Positions 46,841 through 59,169 of a DNA stretch of 64,000 nt are shown piece by piece. The notes under the pieces are model-generated. The model was not told the DNA's origin. It saw nothing but the letters and a program-made list of their open reading frames with translations, and ran no database searches. How positions within the stretch are numbered: the first letter of the stretch is position 1; every line of letters starts with the position of its first letter. The translations under genes and the position numbers were made by a program. The stretch spans positions 1 to 64,000 of the forward strand of contig NIVC01002441.1 of the NCBI GenBank assembly GCA_002269645.1, read 5' to 3'. The DNA comes from Macrostomum lignano (taxonomy: Eukaryota).

Positions 46841-47901
46841 GCTGCCATCCATTGTGTGCTGAACTGTGCCGCTGCCATCCATTGTGTGCTGAACTGTGCC
46901 GCTGCCATCCATTGTGTGCTGAACTGTGCCGCTGCCATCCATTGTGTGCTGAACTGTGCCGCTGCCATCCATTGTGTGCTGAACTGTGCCGTTGCCATCC
47001 ATTGTGTGCTGAACTGTGCCGCTGCCATCCATTGTGTGCTGAACTGTGCCGCTGCCATCCATTGTGTGCTGAACTGTGCCGCTGCCATCCATTGTGCTGA
47101 ACTGTGCCGCTGCCATCCATTGTGCTGAACTGTGCCGCTGCCATCCATTGTGCTGAACTGTGCCGCTGCCATCCATTGTGCTGAACTGTGCCGCTGCCAT
47201 CCATTGTGCTGAACTGTGCCGCTGCCATCCATTGTGCTGAACTGTGCCGCTGCCATCCATTGTGTGCTGAACTGTGCCGCTGCCATCCATTGTGTGCTGA
47301 ACTGTGCCGCTGCCATCCATTGTGTGCTGAACTGTGCCGCTGCCATCCATTGTGTGCTGAACTGTGCCGCTGCCATCCATTGTGTGCTGAACTGTGCCGC
47401 TGCCATCCATTGTGTGCTGAACTGTGCCGCTGCCATCCATTGTGTGCTGAACTGTGCCGCTGCCATCCATTGTGTGCTGAACTGTGCCGCTGCCATCCAT
47501 TGTGCTGAACTGTGCCGCTGCCATCCATTGTGTGCTGAACTGTGCCGCTGCCATCCATTGTGTGCTGAACTGTGCCGCTGCCATCCATTGTGTGCTGAAC
47601 TGTGCCGCTGCCATCCATTGTGTGCTGAACTGTGCCGCTGCCATCCATTGTGTGCTGAACTGTGCCGCTGCCATCCATTGTGTGCTGAACTGTGCCGCTG
47701 CCATCCATTGTGTGCTGAACTGTGCCGCTGCCATCCATTGTGTGCTGAACTGTGCCGCTGCCATCCATTGTGTGCTGAACTGTGCCGCTGCCATCCATTG
47801 TGTGCTGAACTGTGCCGCTGCCATCCATTGTGTGCTGAACTGTGCCGCTGCCATCCATTGTGTGCTGAACTGTGCCGCTGCCATCCATTGTGTGCTGAAC
47901 T
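46841..47901. repeat. 30/28-bp minisatellite (GCTGCCATCCATTGTGTGCTGAACTGTGCC) just after the LNX stop
   Basis: About 35 copies. Confidence 0.97.
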
Positions 47902-49179
47902 GGACCCACGTGCTAATCACTCTACTGCTAGCAATATTTTGCGTTTGTATTGATTATTCAAAATCATGCAGAGAATTGATGAACAAATTGATTTTCCGTC
48001 ATTTTTTAGTCCAACTAAGACGAAAATGTTGTTTAATAATCTCAAAGTCACATTTTTGTTTTGCTTTGTGGCTTGAGTGGGTTGGAGTCACCTTTTGCAG
48101 TATTTTTCATTGCTATTGCACTGTCTGCAGTGCTGGGAGTGCCGCACCCGCCGCCTGTCATCTCACCGTCTCCGTCTCACCCGGTCTCGCGCGCACTTGG
48201 ATTTTGAATTATTGACCCGAAAATATTCAACCGCCAACTTTTATTAATCTCAATGTATGATTCTGCTGGCTGACTGCCATGTTTCCCTTGAAAGAAGATG
48301 TTCCTCCCAAAAAGCGGCTTCTCATGTCGAATGCAGCAGCTTCTGCTCCTTTTTCGTACAGTTTTGATTCTCAAATTATTTATTTCTAATCTAAATAAAT
48401 TTATCTGGTCATTGCGCTCGCTCTACCCTACTAACAACTGCTTTGTCAGTAGTGCAGTGCGGACACGATTAGTGCACTTTTTATCGAGTGTTTGTTTATC
48501 CGCCGTGTATTTTGCCTTTTCTCGGCTTTTGCTTGATTTTTTCCCACCCCCCCGCGCTCCACTCCTTCTAGGAGAGCAGCCCGCTGCAGCTGAAAATTTT
48601 CGGCGCTTTTTATGAGTCCGTTTGCTGTACAGATTTGCCTGCGTCTCTGCTGCTAAGCCTGCCTGTTCCTTGCGGACCACGTGCTCCTGTATTTTTATAT
48701 TTCTGCTTCTATTATTATTTATTCATTTATTTTTGCAGTTGTTCAAATTTTAGTGCGTGCTCTTTCTCTCTTTGTGTCCTTTATTAAACAATAGAATCTG
48801 CTAAATACACCAGGCAAACACATTTCAGCTACTAACAGTAACATATTATACACTCTGCTTGGGTCTCATTTATCGGAATTCATTATTCATCGCAACGCGC
48901 GCCTGTTTTAGAATTCAACAAGATTTGCTTCATTTGATTATAAACTGCAGACAGACATTTGGCAGATAGAGCTAGAGAGGTTCAGGTAAACTGAATTTAA
49001 CATTGTTTACCTACAAAGCTGCTTATTTGTGCGACTTTTATTACTCCTGGCGGGTCCAGTCTTGATTTTCTAGGTCCGCATCAAGTGTCCGGCTCTTTCA
49101 AAAATGAAAATATTCAAGATGGTCCACCTAAGGCAGGAGGTCAAGCTAACGAGGCTAATGAACCAACGTAAGGTACACG

Positions 49180-49765
49180 TAAACACAGACAGCCAGGCAG
49201 CCCCAGAGACAGCCAGACAGACAGCCAAACAGACAGAAAGGCAGACAGACAGACTGACTGACTGCAGGACAGAAAGGCAGACACTAAGACAGGCAGACTG
49301 ACTGACTGCAGGACAGGACAGACAGACAGAAAGGCAGACACTAAAACAGACTGACTGACTGCAGGACAGAAAGGCAGACACTAAGACAGGCAGACTGACT
49401 GACTGCAGGACAGGACAGACAGACAGAAAGGCAGACACTAAAACAGACTGACTGACTGACTGCAGGACAGACAGAAAGGCAGACACTAAAACTGACTGAC
49501 TGACTGACTGCAGGACAGACAGAAAGGCAGACACTAAAACAGACTGACTGACTGCAGGACAGAAAGGCAGACACTAAGACAGGCAGACTGACTGACTGCA
49601 GGACAGGACAGACAGACAGAAAGGCAGACACTAAAACAGACTGACTGACTGACTGCAGGACAGACAGAAAGGCAGACACTAAAACTGACTGACTGACTGA
49701 CTGCAGGACAGACAGAAAGGCAGACACTAAGACAGACAGACTGCAGGACAGACAGACAGCCAGAC
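49180..49765. repeat. Composite ACAG/GACT-based tandem repeat
   Basis: Recurrent GACTGACTGCAGGACAG...AAAGGCAGACACTAA blocks. Confidence 0.9.
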
Positions 49766-50657
49766 TTATCAGATTTACACAGCGATTGCAAGGCTCAGCT
49801 GTTCCAAGTCCGAGTTAAACAAAACCTCATAGCAACAAAACAAATCAGTCGGACTGGGTGTGCTCAAGCAGAAGCCGCTAACAGGAAGCAGCCGGCTTGT
49901 TATTAATATTTCAACACTAATTACTGGCAAATAGGTTATATTTATAACTGATAGTATAATTGTTATAAATAAATATAATATGTATTCTTACAAAACAAAC
50001 AACGGGCAGGATTACAGAGACACGAGAAAAAATAAATCGCTAATGATGATGGCGGGGCAGCTCTGAGACCGGGTTAAGCCAGGCGGGGGAAACGGAGCAC
50101 GCATTGAGGAGACACAGCGCTACTGAAATGTGGCGAATAAAGATAGAAACAGTCTCAAACAACATTCGGCGGCGAAAATAAGCGAGTCACCTGCATTGGG
50201 GATTTAATAACAGCATTACTAAATTAAAAATAACAGAAAGCATCCACTGAAAGCTTGCGCCAGAAACTTTACATCAATAGGGTTTCCTGGGAACATAATA
50301 ACAAAATTACAAAAGTTGATGAAGTCTTATTTATGAATTTCTGAAACTGAAATTTCGACTGCCGATATGTTGCGTAAATAACTTCGCGGAGCATAAGTTC
50401 TCAAGTATATATAATAGGGGTGGATTCGGCGCTTGGTCCAATAGCGACAGTTCGTTTAATTAAGTTTGAAACAGCGAAAAAATAATGATCTGCTGGACAA
50501 GAGAAGCGGCAACAAAGACTACACTGGGTATTATTGACACAAAGACCACCAGATGAACAACCAGAGTGCAGACAGCAGACAACAGCAAATACGCGGCATC
50601 CATAAACACAAATACGGGCATTTCTAGTTCGGAATATCAGAGAGTGAATTGAAAATC

Positions 50658-50831
50658 TCAAACTGTCGATTCAAGCACTGAGACGGCGTCCCTGACGGCT
50701 CTGTACAGCAGTCTGCGGAGCGGCAGCCTGTTGTGCTGGCGCATCTCCCGGCCCGTGGCCAGACACTGGCGGCAGCTCTCCTGGCTGACAAAATCCACTG
50801 ACAGGCTGATGCCGCTGTGCAGGTTGCGCAC
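50658..50831 (-). CDS. KDM3-like terminal exon
   Basis: CCCAG|VRNLHSGISLSVDFVSQESC...LLYRAVRDAVSVLESTV*; 58 codons incl. stop. Confidence 0.9.
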   Translation of the reverse strand: MRNLHSGISLSVDFVSQESCRQCLATGREMRQHNRLPLRRLLYRAVRDAVSVLESTV

Positions 50832-53800
50832 CTGGGCAAATGTTGCAGAATGCAGATGCAGATTTCAGAACGTGGGGGATTCCTGATTGCAGTGTGGTGG
50901 ATTCCCGATTGCAGAACGTGGGGGGGATTCCCGATTACAGAATGTGGGGGGTAGGGAATTCCCGATTGCAGAATGTGGAGGGGGGAATTCCCGATTGCAG
51001 AATGTGGAGGGGGAATCCCGATTGCAGAATGTGGAGGGGGATTCCCGATTGCAGAGTGTGGAGGGAATCCTGATTGCAGAATGTGGGGGGAATCCTGATT
51101 GCAGAATGTGGGGGATTCCCGATTGCAGAGTGTGGAGGGAATCCTGATTGCAGAATGTGGGGGGATCCTGATTGCAGAATGTGGGGGGATCCTGATTGCA
51201 GAATGTGGGGGGGGATCCTGATTGCAGAATGTGGGGGGGGATCCTGATTGCAGAATGTGGGGGGGGATCCTGATTGCAGAATGTGGGGGGGATCCTGATT
51301 GCAGAATGTGGGGGGGGATCCTGATTGCAGAATGTGGGGGGGATCCTGATTGCAGAATGTGGGGGGGATCCTGATTGCCGAATGTGGGGGGGATCCTGAT
51401 TGCAGAATGTGGGGGGGATCCTGATTGCAGAATGTGGGGGGGGATCCTGATTGCAGAATGTGGGGGGATCCTGATTGCAGAATGTGGGGGGATCCTGATT
51501 GCAGAATGTGGGGGGATCCTGATTGCAGAATGTGGGGGGGATCCTGATTGCAGAATGTGGGGGGATCCTGATTGCAGAATGTGGGGGATTCCCGATTGCA
51601 GAATGTGGGGGGATCCTGATTGCAGAATGTGGGGGATTCCCGATTGCAGAATGTGGGGGATTCCCGATTGCAGAATGTGGGAGGATTCCCGATTGCAGAA
51701 TGTGGGAGGATTCCCGATTGCAGAATGTGGGAGGATTCCCGATTGCAGAATGTGGGAGGATTCCCGATTGCAGAATGTGGGAGGATTCCTGATTGCAGTG
51801 TGGAGGGGAATTCCCGATTTTAAGATGTGAGGGAATTTCCGATTGCAGAATGTGAGGGGGGGATTTCGGCCCTACCTGATAAGGCGCCCCGGCGGGCACG
51901 AAGACGGTGTCGCCCTGGAACTGCACAATCACGGCGGGGCGCAGGCCGCACTTGAGTCTGAGCCGGTCCAGCTCCGCAGGTCCCAGGTAGGTGCCCGTCT
52001 GCTCCGCCAGCGGGTTGCCGCCGCCATTTTCGGCGCCGGCAGCCAGGAAGCGGCGCAGTTTGGCGGCGTCGGCAGGCCGGAAGACGTGCCAGAGGGCGCC
52101 GGGCAGACGGGAGTCCACGGCGATGGAGCGCAGGACGCCGGGGTCAACGCTGGCCCGCTCCAGTGCGGCGAAGGCGGCGGCCTTCTGCTGCTCCAGCGCG
52201 TCCTCCGGAGCGGCCACGTGGGCCAGCAGCACGGCCAGGTCGGCTGGCTGGCAGTGCAGCGCGAATGTGCCGGCAGTCTCGGTGCGCGACATGCCGTAGG
52301 CGCAGGTGAGCCGGGGAGGCGCGCAGCCGGCCGCCAGGTTGCAGCGGCCGCCGGCTCCGGTGTACTCGGCAAACGGCACAGCCTTGGCGAGCTCGGACAG
52401 CGGCAGGCTGAACGGCTGGCCGGCGGGCGGGCGGAGCCGCAGCGAAAGCGGGTCGCCTGTGGCGGGATTCTTCAGCCGGCGCTTCATGCTGTCGAAGCCG
52501 TCCCAGAAGTGGCGGGTGGGGCTGGCGGGCAGCTCGGTGCCGGCGTCGCAGTTCAGCACGCTGCATCGGCAGCCGGTCAGGCCGCGGCTCAGACTGCGCG
52601 GATGCCACCAGGCGTCGGCAGCAGCGGCGGCAGCGGCTGGCAGGCAGTTGGCCACCACAACTGGGAGGCCGCGGCGCCAGTGCCGCTGGAAGGCCAAGCA
52701 GCCGGGGCCGTCGGCCTGGCGCGGCGGCTCAGAGAAGCGCAGGATGAGGCTCCGGTTGTACGCGGCCTCCGCGTCTGGGTCTGCCGGGCTGTCGGCGGCT
52801 ACTGGCGGCGGCGGCGGCGGCGGCGACTCCGGCGGGGAGAGCGGCGGCACGCGGAGGCGGGCAACGGCGGAGGCGAGGCGGGCGAAGGCGTCCCCAGGGA
52901 CGTTGGTGGCCAGCAGCAGGCGGTCGGGCTCGTGCGCCTGCCGACCGACCGTGCAGTCGCCTGCGGCTGCCACGCCGCCGCCTGGACGAAGCCGCGTCGC
53001 TGGCCGGTCGGAGGAGGAGGCGGCAGCGGCTGCTGCGGCGGCGGCTGGGTCGGAGAGGCGGCAGTCGGGCAGAGGGCGTAGCCGCACTTGCCGCAGCAGA
53101 AGTAGGCGCCGAACAGCGTTGAGTCGCACTGGTCGCAGGCTGTACCGCAGTTGCCCCGTCCGACGCCGCCGACGTCTCGACGGCGCCAAAGCGACGCGGC
53201 GTTCGTGCCATCGCCCCCGGCTCCGCCGTAGCGGGCGCGCAGCTGGCGCTCCTGGCTGGCGAGTTCCTGGAAGGCTTCGCCGACAAAACTCAGCAGCCGT
53301 CGGGCCTCCGAGGCGACGACGCCAGGGGCGGCGGCTGCGGCGGCTCCGTTTGGCGGCTTGCGCAGCCAGGCGGCCAGGTCCTCGGGCTCGGCCTCGGTTG
53401 ACTCGCAGAAGCCGCAGGCGGTCAAGCCGCCTTTCTTGTTGTAGCGCAGCCTGCGGTGCAAGATGGCGGAGAGATTGGATTCTGGGCTGCCAGATTGGAT
53501 GTCAGGCGGCGTTAAGCTGGGTACTAGTGGCGCCAAGCTGGGTACTAGTGGCGCCAAGCTGGGTACTAGTGGCGCCAAGCTGGGTACTAGTGGCGCCAAG
53601 CTGGGTACTAGTGGCGCCAAGCTAGGTACTAGTGGCGCCAAGCTGGGTACTAGTGGCGCCAAGCTGGGTACTAGTGGCGCCAAGCTGGGTACTAGTGGCG
53701 CCAAGCTGGGTACTAGTGGCGCCAAGCTAGGTACTAGTGGCGCCAAGCTGGGTACTAGTGGCGCCAAGCTGGGTACTAGTGGCGCCAAGCTGGGTACTAG

Positions 53801-56800
53801 TGGCGCCAAACTCTAGTTTTTCATACCTTTGCTCCGATTTATTGATAAAAAATGAATTATATTTTTGTTTTCAAGTGATTCTACGCAGGCAAACTACTTA
53901 AAGTAGGTGATAATAAATGCCTAATATAAAAGTTTGCATAAAATTTACGTTTCTAAATATTTTCTAGCTTGTTTCAGCCTCGTGACTCAGACGTGCGCTG
54001 TCTCAGCCTATTTTTAGTGCATTCGCCTGCCTATATGCAGTAGATAAGTTCGGAGGCCTCCTAATTAAATTATGCCAGTTTAGGAGGCCAGATTAATAAT
54101 AGAATAGATGAATCGATAGGAGTACGGATTGTAATAAATTAAGCCTAATGCTCCGTTCGTGTTAACTCGACTTGTACCGCGCGCGCTCCCTGCCTTGCCA
54201 GTTATGCACTTTTATGCACTTTTACGGAGGCCGCTGGGACAGAACGGTTCTCTCTCTCCTGAATGCTCTCCACCCCCACCCCCGGGAGGACAGACACGGA
54301 GTTGCGTGCTTAGGGAATTCGATTGTAGCATGCAAGTATATGTATGGGATTATAAGGAATCGGCTGGGGACACCGCGCTTTCGTGTGAGTCAGTTCTCGA
54401 GCGGAATTTCACGAAGCGGAGGCGTTTCACATTCCCCAGTGACATCCGAATGCACATTCCCCAGTGACATCCGACTGCACATTCCCCAGTGACATCCGCC
54501 TCAACATTCCCCAGTGACATCCGAATGCACATTCCCCAGTGACATCCGACTGCACATTCCCCAGTGACATTCGACTGCACATTCCCCAGTGACATCCGAA
54601 TGCACATTCCCCAGTGACATCCGACTGCACATTCCCCAGTGACATCCGACTGCACATTCCCGAGTGACATTCGACTGCACATTCCCCAGTGACATCCGAC
54701 TGCACATTCCCCAGTGACATCCGACTCCACATTCCCCCGCTTTCACATTCACCAGTGACATCTGACTGCACATTCCCCTCCCAATTTCACATTCCCAAAT
54801 GGCAGTTGTTATAAGAGGCCTATCTAGCCTAAATGCTGATGACAAGCACCATATGTCAGTTTCTAATTGCGTCACTGCACTCCAAGCCGCAGCCTGAGAA
54901 ACGGTACGATAGCGCTGGCTGCAAAATTAATAAATTCGGCTACAGAATAGATGGGGCGCCGTTTCCAATTGCAGACTAACAAACACACAACTAGGATTTT
55001 GAAGAGTTTGCTACAAAAAAATTGTTGCAAACAGATAGAAAGGCGGAAGCTTTTCTACTTGACTGGCTGAGTGGCTTGCTACTGTTGCAGTCACGATTCT
55101 TTAATTTTAGACTGCGTGCGAAAACTGAGCCTCCCTTCATGCATGCTCCACTGCTTTCATCTTTTCCCAACCTAACGCAGGCTGTCCTTTCCCTCCCCTG
55201 CCCCTATTGCTCTCCCTTCTATTCCCTCCCTTTCTCAAATCCTACCTTCTGTGTGCCACAATTAGTGCAGCCCTCTCCCACTCTCCTTGTGTTACCCTCT
55301 CCTCTTCCACTCTCTCCCTCTAGATCTAGAGTCTCATCTCTCCCTTCTCTCCCACTCTCCCTCTCACCCTCTCCTTCTCTCCCTCACCTTCTCTCCCTCA
55401 CCTTCTCTCCCTCACCTTCTCTCCCTCACCTTCTCTTCCTCACCTTCTCTCCCTCACCTTCTCTCCCTCACCTTCTCTCCCTCACCTTCTCTCCCTCACC
55501 TTCTCTCCCTCACCCTCTCTCCCTCACCTTCTCTCCCTCACCCTCTCTCCCTCACCTTCTCTTCCTCACCCTCTCTCCCTCACCTTCTCTCCCTCACCTT
55601 CTCTCCCTCACCTTCTCTCCCTCACCTTCTCTCCCTCACCTTCTCTCCCTCACCTTCTCTCCCTCACCTTCTCTCCCTCACCTTCTCTCCCTCACCTTCT
55701 CTCCCTCACCTTCTCTCCCTCACCTTCTCTCCCTCACCTTCTCTCCCTCACCTTCTCTCCCTCACCTTCTCTCCCTCACCTTCTCTCCCTCACCTTCTCT
55801 CCCTCACCTTCTCTCCCTCACCTTCTCTCCCTCACCTTCTCTCCCTCACCTTCTCTCCCTCACCTTCTCTCCCTCACCTTCTCTTCCTCACCTTCTCTCC
55901 CACCCTCTCCCTTCATTTCTCTACTAGTATCTGCAGTTTTCGCTCCTCTCCCTCCTGTCTCCTTACCTGCCTCTCCCCAGTCTTTCTCTTTGAATTCCCA
56001 GTTCTCCCTTCTCTCCCCTTCGTCATTGTTTCTTTCCAGCTTTCTCAAACCCCCTTCCCTTGTAAGCAACAACAGCAACAGCCCGCAAAGTTCACGTGGC
56101 GTTCCCGGCCTCCCCCGCCCTTCGCCATTATCTTTACTTAGCTCACTATTTAACTACTCAAGAATTCTCTGCTCAGTCTTTCTCAGTTGAACAAGAGGCT
56201 CCAATTGCAGCCGGTGCGCTCTGTATTATTTTACTGACTATAGTTGGCCAAGCCAGCTAGGCTTGTCAGACCGGCAACAGGCCGGGCGGAAATGCAGACC
56301 CGCGGCACCCGTCCACCTCCCCTCCCCGTCCGCAAGCCCGCCTGTTGTTTGTTGCACTGCTAGTTGCTAGCTAATTCTGGGCTTTTTCTCTGCTTTGCTT
56401 TGGGCATAGCCTGACATTCTGAAAATACAGTTTCTTTCATTTCTTTAAACACCATCCTACAGCAGGCTTGTCTACGGTGCAATATTCGGCTCAATTCATC
56501 AGGGTATGAGTCCGCGCAAGAGCAGAATTAGGGAAATGTGTGACATTTAATCTCTCACAATATGATACCGACTCATCACTTTGACACTATAATACAACTA
56601 TACCTCTGACTCCTCTACACTCCTCCACTCTGGCAACTTTTGTCCTCACCCCGAAACCTATGATTACACACCCATACAAGTACAAACAAATCTTGTATGG
56701 ATTGTACGGACACCCAGACACCTCAAATCTCACACCCAGACAACTCAAATCTCACACCCAGACACCTCAAATCTCACACCCAGACACCTCAAATCTCACA

Positions 56801-57925
56801 CCCAGACACCTCAAATCTCACACCTAGACACCTCAAATCTCACACTCAGACACCTCAAATCTCACACTCAGACACCTCAAATCTCACACCCAGACACCTC
56901 AAATCTCACACTCAGACACCTCAAATCTCACACCCACCAGACACCTCAAATCTCACACCTAGACACCTCAAATCTCACACCCAGACACCTCAAATCTCAC
57001 ACTCAGACACCTCAAATCTCACACTCAGACACCTCAAATCTCACACCCACCAGACACCTCAAATCTCACACCTAGACACCTCAAATCTCACACCCAGACA
57101 CCTCAAATCTCACACTCAGACACCTCAAATCTCACACTCAGACACCTCAAATCTCACACCCACCAGACACCTCAAATCTCACACCTAGACACCTCAAATC
57201 TCACACTCAGACACCTCAAATCTCACACCCAGACACCTCAAATCTCACACTCAGACACCTCAAATCTCACACCCAGACACCTCAAATCTCACACCCAGAC
57301 ACCTAAAATCTCACACTCAGACACCTCAAATCTCACACTCAGAAACCTCAAATCTCACACCCAGACACCTCAAATCTCACACCCAGACACCTCAAATTTC
57401 ACACCCAGACACCTCAAATCTCACACTCAGACACCTCAAATCTCACACCCAGACACCTCAAGTCTCACACCCAGACACCTAAAATCTCACACTCAGACAC
57501 CTCAAATCTCACACTCAGACACCTCAAATCTCACACCCAGACACCTCAAATCTCACACCTAGACACCTCAAATTTCACACCCAGACACCTCAAATCTCGC
57601 ACCCAGACACCTCAAATCCATCCCTGCCAGCCGCCCCCAATCCAGTCCCAGTCCCAAAATGCCTCCACACAGAGCCCGCAACTCAAAAAACTGTCTCACT
57701 TTCTAAATCCAATGAACCGACAGGCTGTCCCGTCAGCGCTGGCCACGACAGCAGCGGTCGACTTGGCCATGGCGGCGGCGTGCTGCCCGGCTGGCCGGCA
57801 CTCGCGACACTTCGCCAGCTTGGCGCAGGCGAGCTGAGAGCACGGCGAGTCCTGAACGAACTGCTCAAGGCTGCGCTCGTAGTGCTCGCGACCGTGCTTG
57901 TTGAGAGGCCGGGCTAGTGCGCCCA
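50658..57925 (-). CDS. KDM3/JMJD1-family JmjC + C6 zinc-finger protein, 3' part; join complement 57925-57700, 53450-51876, 50831-50658; catalytic residues substituted, 1-nt frameshift at ~53068
   Basis: FVQDSPC...KCREC...ACRFIGFRKLRYNKKG, CDQCDSTLFGAYFCCGKCGYALC, HWRRGLPVVV, HFWDGFD, GALWHVF, VQFQGDTVFVPAGAPYQVRNL, DFVS, LLYRAVRDAV are collinear with KDM3A/B/JMJD1C; the 5' end was not found. Confidence 0.88.
50862..51852. repeat. ~22-24-bp G-rich minisatellite (GGGGGATCCTGATTGCAGAATGT) filling the last KDM3-like intron
   Basis: About 43 copies with variable G-run length. Confidence 0.95.
51876..53450 (-). CDS. KDM3-like large exon (zinc finger + JmjC)
   Basis: CCGCAG acceptor, CAG|GTAGGG donor; 1575 nt is one base short of the frame-preserving 1576. 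Confidence 0.85.
53515..53809. repeat. 21-bp minisatellite (GGCGCCAAGCTGGGTACTAGT)
   Basis: 14 copies. Confidence 0.96.
54427..54790. repeat. 25-bp minisatellite (CACATTCCCCAGTGACATCCGACTG)
   Basis: About 14 copies. Confidence 0.93.
55365..55900. repeat. 14-bp minisatellite (CTCTCCCTCACCTT)
   Basis: About 38 copies. Confidence 0.95.
56712..57617. repeat. 22-bp minisatellite (CACCTCAAATCTCACACCCAGA)
   Basis: About 41 copies. Confidence 0.96.
57700..57925 (-). CDS. KDM3-like exon (CRECR...ACRF region)
   Basis: GGCAG acceptor, AA|GTGAGA donor; phase 2 joins the next exon as RK-LRY. Confidence 0.85.
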
Positions 57926-57954
57926 CTGCCGATGGGAAAGCAGAGTAGGTGGCA

Positions 57955-58488
57955 CTGCTAGATGCTGAGTGACTGATTGCTAGATGCTGAGTGACTGACT
58001 GCTAGATGCTGAGTGACTGACTGCTAGATGCTGAGTGACTGACTGCTAGATGCTGAGTGACTGACTGCTAGATGCTGATTGACTGACTGCTAGATGCTGA
58101 GTGACTGACTGCTAGATGCTGAGTGACTGACTGCTAGATGCTGAGTGACTGACTGCTAGATGCTGATTGACTGACTGCTAGATGCTGAGTGACTGACTGC
58201 TAGATGCTGACTGACTGACTGCTAGATGCTGATTGACTGACTGCTAGATGCTGACTGACTGACTGCTAGATGCTGATTGACTGACTGCTAGATGCTGAGT
58301 GACTGACTGCTAGATGCTGAGTGACTGACTGCTAGATGCTGATTGACTGACTGCTAGATGCTGAGTGACTGACTGCTAGATGCTGATTGACTGACTGCTA
58401 GATGCTGAGTGACTGACTGCTAGATGCTGAGTGACTGACTGCTAGATGCTGAGTGACTGACTGCTAGATGCTGAGTGACTGACTGCTG
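57955..58488. repeat. 22-bp minisatellite (CTGCTAGATGCTGAGTGACTGA)
   Basis: About 24 copies. Confidence 0.96.
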
Positions 58489-59169
58489 GAAGCCATGAAA
58501 GCTGCCCTTGAGGGGATAATTTTAGAAAACAAGGCATCATCATATTTTGTTAGCTAGTCGAGCAAAATACTCAGGTTGCTGAGCACTCGCCCTCCCCTGT
58601 TTCCCATCGCACACAAGCAAGCATAATTTGGCTAAACACAGACGAGAGCGCAGGACCTATTAAGGCTGTTTGGCCTTATTTTTGTTTGAGTAATTTTTTT
58701 TGCTGAGCAGCTGCCCGCAGGCAAGGGCACTTTGCTAATTAAATAGCAAGGTTTCAACACGCGCAAACGCAGACACGCACACACAGGCCCTAAAAATTGC
58801 TGGTTCAGAGAAAGAGAGAGAGAGCAGGTGTCTCAAAAATGACAGGTGCGGGCCGTTAGCAATCAGACAGAGAATGCAAAGCTAAGTGAAAGCAAGCTAG
58901 AAAATTGCCACGAAAAGCATAGGCATTAAACACAGACCATGATTACAGAGGCCTCGGAATGCTTTAATTACTAGCCTTCCCCTCGCCTGTTGATATTCCG
59001 GTGTACTTTTCTGCTCAGCGCTCTATAATCCTCTGGCCCCGAAACTCAAGCACAGCACAGCGCAAGGTCGGCAAATTCCGGCTCTCAGGTGCTTTGAAAC
59101 TTCACAATAGCAATCCGGACCGCTCAAGGTTTGTGTCTCTTCTCACCTCTCTTTTCTAATAATCTCCTC

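Noticed and set aside
51843-53625. 412-aa and 439-aa plus-strand ORFs
   Set aside because: Antisense shadows of the very GC-rich KDM3-like exon.
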